DNA of 64,000 nt, from positions 46,335-110,334 of the forward strand of contig CAXFAS010000003.1 of assembly GCA_964001175.1 (NCBI GenBank). The letters run 5' to 3'. Below are positions 22,839-33,067 of the stretch, one piece after another. Under the pieces are notes generated by a model. The model saw nothing but the letters and a program-made list of their open reading frames with translations, was not told where the DNA came from and ran no database searches. Position 1 is the stretch's first letter. Each line of letters opens with the position of its first letter. The translations under genes and the position numbers were made by a program. Source of the DNA: an uncultured euryarchaeote (GTDB taxonomy: Archaea > Thermoplasmatota > Poseidoniia > Poseidoniales > Poseidoniaceae).

Positions 22839-25800
22839 TTAAATTCTTCTCCTCAAAGGTCTAATGTATCCACTTTCTTCGCTCCTACGTTCATCCTTGG
22901 ATAGAATCGCTGGTGCTGGTGGAGGGGTGTGTTGATCCATCCCTAGAAGTCCACCTTGAACTTCTACATGTTCAACATCAGCATACGTTTCAGCGGCTTG
23001 CTTTGCTTCATCTTCTACATCACTAGATTCTCTCATAACTAACCAACCAAGTATCAAAGCTACTGCGATTAAAGCAATAAAAGTCGCTAAACTAGAACCT
23101 GCTTCTTTAATCCAATTCATCCAGTCTTCAACCTCGAAATCTGAAAGAGATGGGGGGTCGTCTGGCTTGGGAGCAACATCTACCTCTTCGGTAGCATAAG
23201 CACACATACCTAAACCATCACAAGCAAGTAAGCCGATTTGATATTTACCCGAATTATTCCATGTAGTCTCAATTCTATAGAATAAGTCACTTGAAGGAAT
23301 AATATAATCATCTTCAGGATCTCCATTTCTATCTTCATCAAATTCTAAGTCTATATCCCATTTTACTATTAAACCTGGATCAATATATTCATCAATGTCA
23401 TACAATGAACCATCATCTATGTTTGTGTCGCGATAAATCAGAATTTGTTTTTCTAATTCTAAGTCTGTAATATTTGCTGATAAATAAGTGGATTCTTCCA
23501 TTATTATCTCTTCTGGAAGTGAAATATCAATGATATTTGGAGGATTATCTACCATTATAGTAAAAGATTGCCTACTAACATCCCCTGTTCCAAATGCATC
23601 TCTAACAGTTAGAGTGACAGTATATTCTCCAGGATTTTCATAAGAATGCCATGGCGATGGTTCGTGATTTAGAGGTGATGCATCTCCAAAATCCCAAGTA
23701 TAGTCAACTAGACCATTCCAACTATCTAGAGTAGAATCAAGTGGTGAAAACTTACCCTCGAACTTTCTATCACCATCTCTAGTTCCATCAGAATCAAAAT
23801 AAAGCATAAAATTAGGAGCCGTGAAAGTATTATCTTGGTCATCAAAAGTATGAGACCAAGCATCAGGAATGAAACCTTCGGGCATTGGAGTTGTATCTGT
23901 GACCTGTTGCCCTGAAACCCATGCATCCAAAATTTTAACTGAAATTATTGGTAAAGGATTGGATATTCTAATAGTTAGTGATTTTGAAATGCTTTGGTCG
24001 CCTTGTTCATCTATAACAAACAAACTAACAGAATGGACTCCAGGTTCAGTAAAGGTAAATGTTGTTTGAGGTTTATCTCCATATGTCCCATCACTGAATG
24101 TCCAATTGAAAATTAGATCACTTGAATCGCCCATTGTTCCGTCGATATCATATGAATTTCTTCCATCGAAAGTATAAGGAACATCTGTATCTCCATCTTC
24201 TACTCTAAAGTCGATTAGGTTGGTTCCGTCTTCCGTAGAGGTCTTAACAACGAACTCGGCGATCGGAATTTGATTCAGGACATTGATGAATAATTGAGTT
24301 GACGATTGGCTACCATCATCATCCGTTACGGTTAGTAAAGCTGTTTTCAGTCCAGGATTATCCCATGATGGGTTAGGATAAGCAAGTGTTGAACTTGTTT
24401 CAACAAAGTCATCATTCTTATCGGTTATTCCTCCACCTAAGTTAACCCCATCGGGGAAACTCCACTCATACTGAACAATGCTACCATCATCATCAGCAAA
24501 TACATCTGGCATTAAAACAGAGGTATAGGTATATGTTGTTAGATTATCAGAGTATATTTGATATGGCACTCTATTATTGACATAAACCAAAATATTCTTT
24601 TGTCCTGAATTGATTCCATCAAAAATTGTTAATGTAACATTAAATGTTATATTTTCGCCTGTAATATCTCCCCATTCATGCTGAACCAAGTAAAGACCAA
24701 TTCCAGAATCTATAGTGCCATCGCCCCAGTCCCATTGGAATAGTAAATTCTCAACAGGGACATTATCTGAAGACTTAGAGCCTGAAAATTGAATCAATTG
24801 ATCAGTAAATATACTAATTTCACTATCTATTACAATATTATTTACAGTAATAATCGGAACTGGAGATGAATCATCAGTCACATTTACTCTGTGAAGTTCA
24901 GGTTGGGACCAAACTCCTCCTTGATCCATAATCTTCAATGTGGCATTATAATCACCTATGCTTTGATAAGATCTAGTAGGGGATTTCAGAGATGATGTAG
25001 TCCCATCACCAAAGTCCCAAAGATAAGCAACTGGAGAGTCTCTGTAAGGTAGAGAATTATTGTCTAATGACAGACCCCATGCGTCAAAACCTCCTCCACT
25101 GAATTCAATATTCTCCCATGTCTGAGTTTGATTTGATGAAATACTACCATTAGCACTCGGCATCATGTTTGATAGAGTCAAGGGTGCTGTAGAAGTACTA
25201 TTAATCAAATTACCAATCATATCATACCATTCAAATCTCAAAGTATACTGGCCATCTAAATTAGATGTGAACCATACATTGCTATTTGTGTCTTGACCAC
25301 CACCGGCAGAAATTCTATTTGTTATGGAGTCTACAATTTGTCCTGAAGAATCGATTACACTAACTTCTACATCTAAATCTTCAAAGAAAGCATTGGAAAA
25401 TACATTGAAGTTTACACTGGAAGTATCGTCATTACCGTCACCATCTCTATCTGAGGTTTCAGTTGTGTTTATTGTCAGAGTTGCCGGAGAGGTGATTCTT
25501 GCGGCTTCGATATCAACCGTCCCTTGCGGATAAGATGTGCCACAAGAAGTATAATCACAATCAGCAACGGTACTAGCATACCAAGTGATAGCCCAAACTT
25601 CATCGGTTAAGTTACCAAAACCAGGTACTAATGAGGTTGCAACATTACTCTGGAAATTTAAATCAGATACAGACCACAATCCATCGATAGTTGATTTGGA
25701 TACAACTACTCCATCGAATTGACTTACATCAGAGGTTAATCTAATTGTCAAGGGAGCAGGAGATGAACCGCCAGGTGTGAATTTGAAAGCCCTAATCCCC

Positions 25801-27044
25801 CAACCTTCGACTGTATGGCCAGTAGAAGACCATGGAGAACTCCAGTCACTGTTTGTGTCTGCTGGCTGCACTCTACAAAATGATCCAGACGAACACGTAG
25901 GTGTTAAATCAAGATTTGAAAATCCATAAATCCCTTGATCAGAATCTAAAACTGCTGCTATTGAGAAATTTGCAAAAATTTGTCCCATTGTCCTGCCTAT
26001 TGAACCACTTTGTCCTGCTGGCGGAGATAGCGCTAATTTTTCGACTCCGACACCACCTGTTGCAGAATCTTGTACTAATTGTCTAACAGCAGCTCCACCG
26101 CCTAAATGATCGGCAAGATACATTGTAAATATGAATCCAGCTCCGTAATCAGCAAATCTTTGATTCCACCATCTAACAGATAATTCTGATGACTCAGTCC
26201 ATTGATTAAGGTGACTGACTAAGGTGGAGTCCGCTCCAAAGCAAAGATATATGGCAACATCAGCATTACCCTCATCAATCCATAAATTTTCATAAGGATC
26301 TTGTGCATTGTGAAGAAGATGTTCTAATTCATGGGCAATAATCGATTTACCCCATGATAATGTAATATCTGCAAAATCAATGAATACCGATTCTCTTGAA
26401 CTCGCAAATGAAGGAGAGAAATAACCTCCTGTGTTATACGGGCCATCAATATCGTAAATTATAATTTGAACTTGACAATTATTATCAATATCTGGAGGTG
26501 CAAGACCTCTACCATCTTGGTAATCCTTACCGTAATATGTGGTCATTGTAGGATAAATTGTACTATCCCAGGATGATGCAAGATTGTTTAATACAGTGGA
26601 TGAAAGAGTTCTTCCAGTTTGGACAACAAAGGCAACAGTACTGGTTGTTTTTGCGACATATGCGTTGATTGAACCTCCAGAAGTTGGAACTGAAAGTTCA
26701 TCACCTACTAGATGAGGATTACATACTCTGCCGCTGGACCTACCGCTAGTTACAGGTTCGTACACCATATCATCAACACCAGGCCTCCCTGCATCAATCC
26801 AAGCCTGCTTCATGAATCCATATGCTGAAACAACAGGCTCTGGTTCATCTATGAATAAGTACTGAGAGCCATTTTTTGGGTCAAAATCTTTCAAATCGCC
26901 TATTATGACTCCCCCAGCATTGTATGGAGTTCTATCATTTCCATCAGTGGCATCAGCGGTTGAGGATGGGATTAATGGAGACAAAACTGATACAAAGAAA
27001 AGTGCGATTAAAAATAAGGCTTTATTGGAACGATTTTCCGACAT
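22839..27044 (-). CDS. Large surface-anchored zinc metallopeptidase with PKD-like repeats
   Basis: 1401 aa with an N-terminal signal peptide, an HExxH motif (IIAHELEHLLH...DEGNAD), several PKD-like beta-sandwich repeats (WDFGDGT / WDWGDGT / WDFGDAS), a C-terminal TM helix and a short cytoplasmic tail. Confidence 0.6.
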   Translation of the reverse strand: MSENRSNKALFLIALFFVSVLSPLIPSSTADATDGNDRTPYNAGGVIIGDLKDFDPKNGSQYLFIDEPEPVVSAYGFMKQAWIDAGRPGVDDMVYEPVTSGRSSGRVCNPHLVGDELSVPTSGGSINAYVAKTTSTVAFVVQTGRTLSSTVLNNLASSWDSTIYPTMTTYYGKDYQDGRGLAPPDIDNNCQVQIIIYDIDGPYNTGGYFSPSFASSRESVFIDFADITLSWGKSIIAHELEHLLHNAQDPYENLWIDEGNADVAIYLCFGADSTLVSHLNQWTESSELSVRWWNQRFADYGAGFIFTMYLADHLGGGAAVRQLVQDSATGGVGVEKLALSPPAGQSGSIGRTMGQIFANFSIAAVLDSDQGIYGFSNLDLTPTCSSGSFCRVQPADTNSDWSSPWSSTGHTVEGWGIRAFKFTPGGSSPAPLTIRLTSDVSQFDGVVVSKSTIDGLWSVSDLNFQSNVATSLVPGFGNLTDEVWAITWYASTVADCDYTSCGTSYPQGTVDIEAARITSPATLTINTTETSDRDGDGNDDTSSVNFNVFSNAFFEDLDVEVSVIDSSGQIVDSITNRISAGGGQDTNSNVWFTSNLDGQYTLRFEWYDMIGNLINSTSTAPLTLSNMMPSANGSISSNQTQTWENIEFSGGGFDAWGLSLDNNSLPYRDSPVAYLWDFGDGTTSSLKSPTRSYQSIGDYNATLKIMDQGGVWSQPELHRVNVTDDSSPVPIITVNNIVIDSEISIFTDQLIQFSGSKSSDNVPVENLLFQWDWGDGTIDSGIGLYLVQHEWGDITGENITFNVTLTIFDGINSGQKNILVYVNNRVPYQIYSDNLTTYTYTSVLMPDVFADDDGSIVQYEWSFPDGVNLGGGITDKNDDFVETSSTLAYPNPSWDNPGLKTALLTVTDDDGSQSSTQLFINVLNQIPIAEFVVKTSTEDGTNLIDFRVEDGDTDVPYTFDGRNSYDIDGTMGDSSDLIFNWTFSDGTYGDKPQTTFTFTEPGVHSVSLFVIDEQGDQSISKSLTIRISNPLPIISVKILDAWVSGQQVTDTTPMPEGFIPDAWSHTFDDQDNTFTAPNFMLYFDSDGTRDGDRKFEGKFSPLDSTLDSWNGLVDYTWDFGDASPLNHEPSPWHSYENPGEYTVTLTVRDAFGTGDVSRQSFTIMVDNPPNIIDISLPEEIIMEESTYLSANITDLELEKQILIYRDTNIDDGSLYDIDEYIDPGLIVKWDIDLEFDEDRNGDPEDDYIIPSSDLFYRIETTWNNSGKYQIGLLACDGLGMCAYATEEVDVAPKPDDPPSLSDFEVEDWMNWIKEAGSSLATFIALIAVALILGWLVMRESSDVEDEAKQAAETYADVEHVEVQGGLLGMDQHTPPPAPAILSKDERRSEESGYIRPLRRRI

Positions 27045-27132
27045 AATAAACTACCCAAATAATTGCGATACTGCTATCTAATTGAGCGAGTCGAAAAGAG
27101 GTATTTAAGGGTCAGTCTAATAGGAGTCATTA

Positions 27133-28332
27133 ATGCTCATCGGTTTAAAGGTTATTTCATCACAAAATAATCGACTTTTTATATTTCTAATAATCGGCAT
27201 ACTACTAACTAATAGCTCGATGGTTTTAGCTTCAGAAAATGATCAAGAAATAAGTTATATTGAAACAGAACCATGTGAATATTACGGAAATTTTACATTT
27301 AATTCTACGGCTGCCAATCAATCTGTACACTGGCAAGTAGATTTGGGGCCTAGATTACCGGGCTCAAATGCCTCTTTTACCCTTAGAGAATCAATCAAAG
27401 AAAACTTAACTGGATGGACTTTTGAGGAAGAAACACATTACAGAGAAAATTTCAATCTGACAAACTTGATTGCAACATACAAGCCTGCTAATTCCTCTTC
27501 TCAAGAAATTTATTTTGTCGCTCATTATGATTCACGCGACCGTGCAGAAAGAGATGATAATGAGAGCCTTAGAAATACTCCAATCGATGGTGCAAATGAT
27601 GGCGCAAGTGCTACTGCTGTTCTTATTGAGATGGGAAAAATTATTCCTCAAATGAGCCTAAATCATTCTGTAAAGTTATTTTTTACTGACGCTGAGGACC
27701 AAGGAGAGAGGCCAGGAATATATGGCTCCAAAGCATGGGCCGAAAATCGAACTGATGATGAACTTAGTAATATTTCAGCCTTCATTGTCATTGATATGAT
27801 TGGAGACGCTGATTTACATTTCACTCATGTTTGGCCGGGAACTTCTGAACTTTGGCTGACAATTCAACCATTGGCAGAAGCACTAGGTTTAGTTGAAGGG
27901 GAAAATGACTGTTTGGGGAATCCTGGTGAAGATATATTTGATATTGAAACATCATACGGCGTTATTGATGATCATGTTGCGGCATATGAACGTGGAGTTC
28001 CAGCAATAGATATTATCGATATTCACTCTGGCGAAGGGGCTGAAAAATGGGGAGGTTATTGGCATACCCATAACGATACAATAGACAAAGTTAGTGCTGA
28101 ATCATTAGGACGAATAGGACAATTACTGGAATTAGGATTACTAAGTGAATCATGGATTTTAGATTCCACTCATAGTATTGATAATCAGGCATTAGAAGAT
28201 CAAGAAAATTCAGATAATAGTGAAACAAATAGTATTGAGAATAGTTTTACATTAGGGATTATCTCACTTTCAATTACATTCGGACTCTTTCTGGTAATTT
28301 TTATCCTAGATTATAGGATAAAAAAGATATAA
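27133..28332 (+). CDS. M28-family aminopeptidase, signal peptide plus C-terminal TM anchor
   Basis: FVAHYDSRD...GANDGASATAVLIEMGK matches the M28 zinc-ligand pattern. Hydrophobic N- and C-termini. Confidence 0.6.
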   Translation: MLIGLKVISSQNNRLFIFLIIGILLTNSSMVLASENDQEISYIETEPCEYYGNFTFNSTAANQSVHWQVDLGPRLPGSNASFTLRESIKENLTGWTFEEETHYRENFNLTNLIATYKPANSSSQEIYFVAHYDSRDRAERDDNESLRNTPIDGANDGASATAVLIEMGKIIPQMSLNHSVKLFFTDAEDQGERPGIYGSKAWAENRTDDELSNISAFIVIDMIGDADLHFTHVWPGTSELWLTIQPLAEALGLVEGENDCLGNPGEDIFDIETSYGVIDDHVAAYERGVPAIDIIDIHSGEGAEKWGGYWHTHNDTIDKVSAESLGRIGQLLELGLLSESWILDSTHSIDNQALEDQENSDNSETNSIENSFTLGIISLSITFGLFLVIFILDYRIKKI

Positions 28333-28335
28333 TGT

Positions 28336-28372
28336 TGCGCGGACTAATAGGGGAAGGGGTATTATCCGCGCA
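28336..28372 (+). terminator. GC-rich stem-loop between the M28 peptidase gene and the next gene
   Basis: TGCGCGGA (28336-28343) pairs perfectly with TCCGCGCA (28365-28372). The 21-nt loop is G-rich (ctaataggggaaggggtatta). It starts 4 nt after the upstream stop codon. Confidence 0.35.
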
Positions 28373-28386
28373 CCTTTACAGATACA

Positions 28387-29262
28387 TTGAGCGGAGGGTT
28401 AAACTTGACAGAAAGTGACTTTGAAGAACGCCGAAAGGCGCTCAAGGAACGTGTCAAGAAACAACTCGAAAAATCCTCTAGTGATGCTGTAGAAGAAGAA
28501 ATTGTAGTTCAAGAGACATCTGTCGATACAGCGGTCAATTCATCGGAAAAAAGAAATCTTGAAAGACTTTTACAATTAGAGGTAGATGATAAATCAAGAA
28601 TTAGAAAACTCGCTTCAATATTAATTTTAGTAGGTAGTATTTTAGGAATTTTTAGTGGAGGTATTATCCTACAAGGCAATCCTTCTGAATTACTCAATTC
28701 ATCAATTTTTGATCAAACTCAAAGTGTTGATATAACCGGTCAAACACTAGATTTAGAAGGTCATGGAATTTACAATGTCAGTATTGTTTTATTGGATTAT
28801 GATAGTTCTGAAACTATTCAATCCACTCTAACTAATGATAATGGCTATTTCCAACTTAAAAATGTAAAAGCAGATCGAATGATTCTAAGAGTTTCCTTGG
28901 ATGGTTACGATACTATAGAGCGGACATTTGATGCTGTTGATGGATTTATGCAACCATTTACTATGAAAAACGGGAGTGGTTTAGTATCTGAGGATTTCAT
29001 ATCTGAGGAATCTGGATGGTCTCTTGAAGCTGCTGTTGGGTTGTCAACATTTATTGGAATAATGACTATTTTGACCGGTTTTGTTGGGATACAAGCATCG
29101 ATTGAAACCAAAAGAGCCAAGAGGTATAGAAGAACTCAATATATGGCTGGTGTAAGTCTGTTTAGTCGAGGGTTAATCATATTTGGACCCATACTAATTT
29201 TAGCAGGAATGGGGCTATTAGTTCTAACAAAAGAGCAGTTTGAAGATGTTGAAGAGGTGTGA
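28387..29262 (+). CDS. Membrane protein with a carboxypeptidase-regulatory-like / Cna-B-like beta-sandwich domain
   Basis: TTG start in the ORF track. TM helix, then ...NVSIVLLDYDSSETIQSTLTNDNGYFQLKNV (CarboxypepD_reg-like), then two C-terminal TM helices. Confidence 0.4.
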   Translation: MSGGLNLTESDFEERRKALKERVKKQLEKSSSDAVEEEIVVQETSVDTAVNSSEKRNLERLLQLEVDDKSRIRKLASILILVGSILGIFSGGIILQGNPSELLNSSIFDQTQSVDITGQTLDLEGHGIYNVSIVLLDYDSSETIQSTLTNDNGYFQLKNVKADRMILRVSLDGYDTIERTFDAVDGFMQPFTMKNGSGLVSEDFISEESGWSLEAAVGLSTFIGIMTILTGFVGIQASIETKRAKRYRRTQYMAGVSLFSRGLIIFGPILILAGMGLLVLTKEQFEDVEEV

Positions 29263-30620
29263 TCATGTACCTCATATCTATTGAAGGGGGAGATGGTTCA
29301 GGTAAAGGAGAGGCTGCTAGAATAATCTTAGAATTAGTAAATGATTATCCATTTCCACAAGTATACTCCACACATGAACCTAGAAGGCACAGTGAACTTG
29401 GTAAATTAGCCCTTGACTCTGTTAAAACGGGCGATAAAACCCCTCTCCAAGAGGCTGGTTTATTCGCTGCCGATAGATTAGATCACTCGCATACATGGAT
29501 AAAACCACTTCTTGAAAAGGGAAATATTGTGATATCAGACCGTAACATACATTCATCTTTAATTTACCAAGGAATAGTTGGAGAATTAGGTCTTGAACAA
29601 GTTTGTAAAATGAATGCTGCAGCAATGATTCCCGACTTGGTTATTTGGATTGATTGTGACCCTGAAAAAGCGATTAAAAGAATCCAATCTGGCACCCTTA
29701 GAATGACAAGTCAAAAACAAGAATACTTTGAAACAACCGATATACAAAAGAAAATCCGTAAAGGCTTCAATGACTTACTTTCAGGCAAAATTAAGGTCCC
29801 TGAGCCTTTCGACAAATGTTGTGTTGTTGGACCCATATTAAATGAAGGTGGACTAGATGAATTGAGAAGAAAATTGAGAGATGAATTGCGTTCTTTTTTC
29901 AATAGAAAACCAGCACCTTTAAATGTCGATTCAGACCAAGTAGACAGATACTTACTTAGTAGCCTAGTCAGAGATGTAAAGAAACAAACTCGACTACCTG
30001 GCGCCCCGGAAATGAAAACTGCAATTCATATTGGGTGGTTATCGGGAAAAAGTCCTAGTGAATGGATGAAACTTGGAGAGGATTTGTGGCCTAAAGATAG
30101 TGCAAAGGAATTTGATGTCCCTGCTACTTCCTATTCTCAATCATGCTGGTCTATACTAGGTACTCTTTCTCTAATTGTTGGTTCTACTGAAGTCCCGAGA
30201 TTACACAAGTCTCTTGGGCCTCACAGAATGGTAACTCAAAGACATACTCAACGTTTAGTAAAGTGGCTTGAACACGAAAGATGGATCCACAAGCAACAAT
30301 CTCATGTTCCATTTTCCGAAGCCAAGGTTTTCAAGTTAAGAGATGAAAAATTAGGTTATGGAAGATTAGCATTGGCAATGTGGCCTCTAAGGCCATCTCT
30401 TGCATCTTGGAGAAGAAGTAACCCTAATTCTAACTGGGAAGATTCTCTTCCTGAAATTCTGATGCATGGTACTGAAAAAACTCCACCATTATCGATACGT
30501 AAATCGGTAGATAAAATTCTAAAACGTTTAGAAATGTTGACAAGTGGTCATGAAAATTGTCCTACACCAAAAAATTCTGATGAATTGGTAATTTGGTGGA
30601 AAACAAAGCCTCCTAGCTAA
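29259..30620 (+). CDS. Thymidylate-kinase-fold protein with degenerate P-loop and a 240-aa C-terminal extension
   Basis: The N-terminal 210 aa align along their whole length with Tmk (ISIEGGDGSGKGE, THEPRRH, LFAADRLDH, SDRNIHSSLIYQG, PDLVIWIDCDPEKAIKR). Walker A is GSGKG, lacking the conserved Ser/Thr after Lys. The C-terminal domain is Trp/Arg-rich and of unknown function. The ATGA start overlaps the upstream gene's stop. Confidence 0.55.
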   Translation: MIMYLISIEGGDGSGKGEAARIILELVNDYPFPQVYSTHEPRRHSELGKLALDSVKTGDKTPLQEAGLFAADRLDHSHTWIKPLLEKGNIVISDRNIHSSLIYQGIVGELGLEQVCKMNAAAMIPDLVIWIDCDPEKAIKRIQSGTLRMTSQKQEYFETTDIQKKIRKGFNDLLSGKIKVPEPFDKCCVVGPILNEGGLDELRRKLRDELRSFFNRKPAPLNVDSDQVDRYLLSSLVRDVKKQTRLPGAPEMKTAIHIGWLSGKSPSEWMKLGEDLWPKDSAKEFDVPATSYSQSCWSILGTLSLIVGSTEVPRLHKSLGPHRMVTQRHTQRLVKWLEHERWIHKQQSHVPFSEAKVFKLRDEKLGYGRLALAMWPLRPSLASWRRSNPNSNWEDSLPEILMHGTEKTPPLSIRKSVDKILKRLEMLTSGHENCPTPKNSDELVIWWKTKPPS

Positions 30621-31343
30621 TTACTCCTCTTCATTTACTAACTCAAATCTAAGTCCGCTTGGCAATTGAACTTCACCAGCTGATTTGAAAAATTTAGGTC
30701 TTGCAGAGTACGTTGCTGCAATTAGAATTCCAAAACCAATACCGAAAGCAACTCCAGTAATTGGTCGCATAAGATTATTTGACTCATAAGAAGTCAGTAA
30801 TTGGGTAAAGCCATCGATGATTAAAGGAAGGCAGAATAATGTTCCAATTAGAAGCCATGCATAGGTTCTGAAATTCTTTCTATATATCTTAGATAACCAA
30901 TGATCTGGAAAAATAGACAGACAAGTATCCTTTATAGTCCAACGGTTATATCCCCTTCTAGAAAATACAAATCCACCGATTGCAATCCCAAGGAACATAC
31001 CGATATCACGAGTACATACAGGCATTTGATTACCGTTTATTTCCCATGAACGTTCTGCTTTATTGTGGCAATTGAAGTCGCCAAAAGCATATATGAAGCC
31101 AGTAAAAAGATCAAGTTCAGACCAAGCAAATTTCTCCTCTTTACCATCATTTCCTGAAGAATACAATCCATCCTCAGTCATGTAGTCTAAAGCATTAGCT
31201 CTAGCATCTAAATCAGGAACAAAATCAGTAGGTAGAGCCATTGGGGAAAAGAAAAATGATACGAAGAAAAAGCCAAATATCCCAAAAATCCACATCCCGA
31301 CCTTTATCTCTCGGGTTCTCTCTTGTAGACCGTTCTTCTGCAC
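30621..31343 (-). CDS. DUF2085-like polytopic membrane protein
   Basis: Several TM helices plus CHNKAERSW...VCTRDIG, resembling the DUF2085 Cys motif. Confidence 0.35.
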   Translation of the reverse strand: MQKNGLQERTREIKVGMWIFGIFGFFFVSFFFSPMALPTDFVPDLDARANALDYMTEDGLYSSGNDGKEEKFAWSELDLFTGFIYAFGDFNCHNKAERSWEINGNQMPVCTRDIGMFLGIAIGGFVFSRRGYNRWTIKDTCLSIFPDHWLSKIYRKNFRTYAWLLIGTLFCLPLIIDGFTQLLTSYESNNLMRPITGVAFGIGFGILIAATYSARPKFFKSAGEVQLPSGLRFELVNEEE

Positions 31344-31420
31344 GTTTGTTACTAAAAAAACATAGACTTAATCATTTTGTCAATAAAAGTCTTGATGAAT
31401 AATGGTGAATTGGTCGGCAT

Positions 31421-32056
31421 GTGTCAGAACAGGAAGGTGAGCCAGTCGGATTATGGATGGGCTTACAAGCCGGTGCCTTGATTGGATTATATCTTGGCTT
31501 CTCTTTAGCAACTATATCGGTTTTGACTGACGCTGAAGAAATCAATCGTACACTGTACTTGATGTGCACTCCTCCTTTTATTGTTTCAATTATCCTAGGA
31601 CCTTTCTTATCTAAAAGAAGGAAACCCGTTAAATTGAGCATGAAACCTCTTGAAAGAGCTAGAGAACTTCTTGAAGACTTCAATGAAGGTCAAGGAAATT
31701 GGAGAGTATTAAGTCACGTTACAAGTGATGGAATGAATATTAGAATCGACATGCATAATCTAAAAAATATTGAGGGTGTAGTTGATGCAGCACTAAAAAT
31801 AGCGGACCAAACCACTGTCAAATTAATTGTTGGAAAGGGCACATCAAAGAGTTCTTCACCTGAATTAAGAGACCGAGTTCTAACTAGAGTCGAATCTAAA
31901 GTTAGCGTTCTAAGAAGAACTAGAAAAGCAAAATCAATTGAAGTAAATCCCGATACAAGTCAAGAATATGATACATATCAAAATAAATTGAACAAAGTCC
32001 TCTTCATCTTACTACCAATTGTTACATTTTTGGCTTGGTTGGAGATGAGAAATTGA
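31421..32056 (+). CDS. Membrane-anchored Smr-domain protein
   Basis: Two N-terminal TM helices. The C-terminal segment (VVDAALKIADQTTVKLIVGKGTSKSSSPELRDRVL) matches the Smr (small MutS-related) domain. Confidence 0.45.
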   Translation: MSEQEGEPVGLWMGLQAGALIGLYLGFSLATISVLTDAEEINRTLYLMCTPPFIVSIILGPFLSKRRKPVKLSMKPLERARELLEDFNEGQGNWRVLSHVTSDGMNIRIDMHNLKNIEGVVDAALKIADQTTVKLIVGKGTSKSSSPELRDRVLTRVESKVSVLRRTRKAKSIEVNPDTSQEYDTYQNKLNKVLFILLPIVTFLAWLEMRN

Positions 32057-32105
32057 TAAAGCATATTTCAACATATATTATGACCTAAGAAGTCAAGCGC
32101 CTAAT

Positions 32106-33026
32106 ATGCGCGAGGTCTCCCTGTTTTGGAAGAGGGCTAGGCTTAGAGATCTAGATATCGCCGAAATTCTTGATATTTTCAAGCATTTGGAGTTTTTATC
32201 TTATGTTAAACGTGTTCCAAAGGATGTTCGAATAATTGTCAAGGCTAATTTCTATGAAGGTAAAACCGTTGATGATATTAGTAAATTATACTTCTTAGAA
32301 CTTCTAGAAGTTATTCTTGAACCAATAGGACCTAATGATAGTTTTATTCTTTTAGTTAGACTGAATCATTCATTGTCAAACATTAACGCAAGAACTAATG
32401 GTACAAGTGCAGTTCCCGGTTGCAGATTAGATGGTGAAGGATTAACATACATCATTCAAGGGCCTCCAATGAAACTAAGAATTGTCACCACATTAGCTAG
32501 GATTTTATCAAAGCCTGATAGAACCAGTGCTAGAAGTTTAGATTTCAAACTTACTTCAAATAATTCTATTTTAAGCCCTAAACAAATTAAACTGGCTAAA
32601 TTCGCCTATGACAGAGGTTTCTTTGATGTCCCTAAAAGAATTAGAGTTAGTGATTTGGCAGAACAAGTTGGATTAGCAAGAGCGACTATTTCTGAACATT
32701 TGGCCCGTATTGAGGCAATTATTATGGATGATATGTTTTCATCTTTTGATGAACCATATGTCGACCCTGAAACAATAAGGTTGATGTTAGATACAATAGA
32801 ATTAGATGCGCAAGAAGCAAATATTGACCAAAAGAAAGGGATGAAGAGAATGCTTGAAAATATTAGAGACAACATCAAAAATGAAATTGCACCAAATATT
32901 CTTCATGACGACAAAGAAATCCCTTCATCTATGGATGAGTTGGTAGAATACGGTATGCAAGAACATAAAGAAAATATCAGTCAAATTGATCAGATAATGG
33001 TTGAAAAATTCTCATCTTTAGATTGA
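32106..33026 (+). CDS. HTH_10 (Bat-type) transcriptional regulator
   Basis: RIRVSDLAEQVGLARATISEHLARIEAI is the archaeal bat-type helix-turn-helix. Confidence 0.55.
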   Translation: MREVSLFWKRARLRDLDIAEILDIFKHLEFLSYVKRVPKDVRIIVKANFYEGKTVDDISKLYFLELLEVILEPIGPNDSFILLVRLNHSLSNINARTNGTSAVPGCRLDGEGLTYIIQGPPMKLRIVTTLARILSKPDRTSARSLDFKLTSNNSILSPKQIKLAKFAYDRGFFDVPKRIRVSDLAEQVGLARATISEHLARIEAIIMDDMFSSFDEPYVDPETIRLMLDTIELDAQEANIDQKKGMKRMLENIRDNIKNEIAPNILHDDKEIPSSMDELVEYGMQEHKENISQIDQIMVEKFSSLD

Positions 33027-33067
33027 TTTGTAGGATTATTTAGAAAGCACCTAGTGTTACCCCTAAC

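Noticed and set aside
22839-27044. Tandem nucleotide repeats or a CRISPR-like array inside the 1401-aa gene.
   Set aside because: The repetition is at the protein-domain level (PKD-like units with WDFGDG motifs) and degenerate at the DNA level. No regularly spaced identical repeats occur anywhere in the window.
29259-30620. Annotating the 453-aa protein simply as thymidylate kinase (tmk).
   Set aside because: The P-loop lacks the conserved Ser/Thr and the protein is twice normal length. Labelling it a functional Tmk would over-interpret it.
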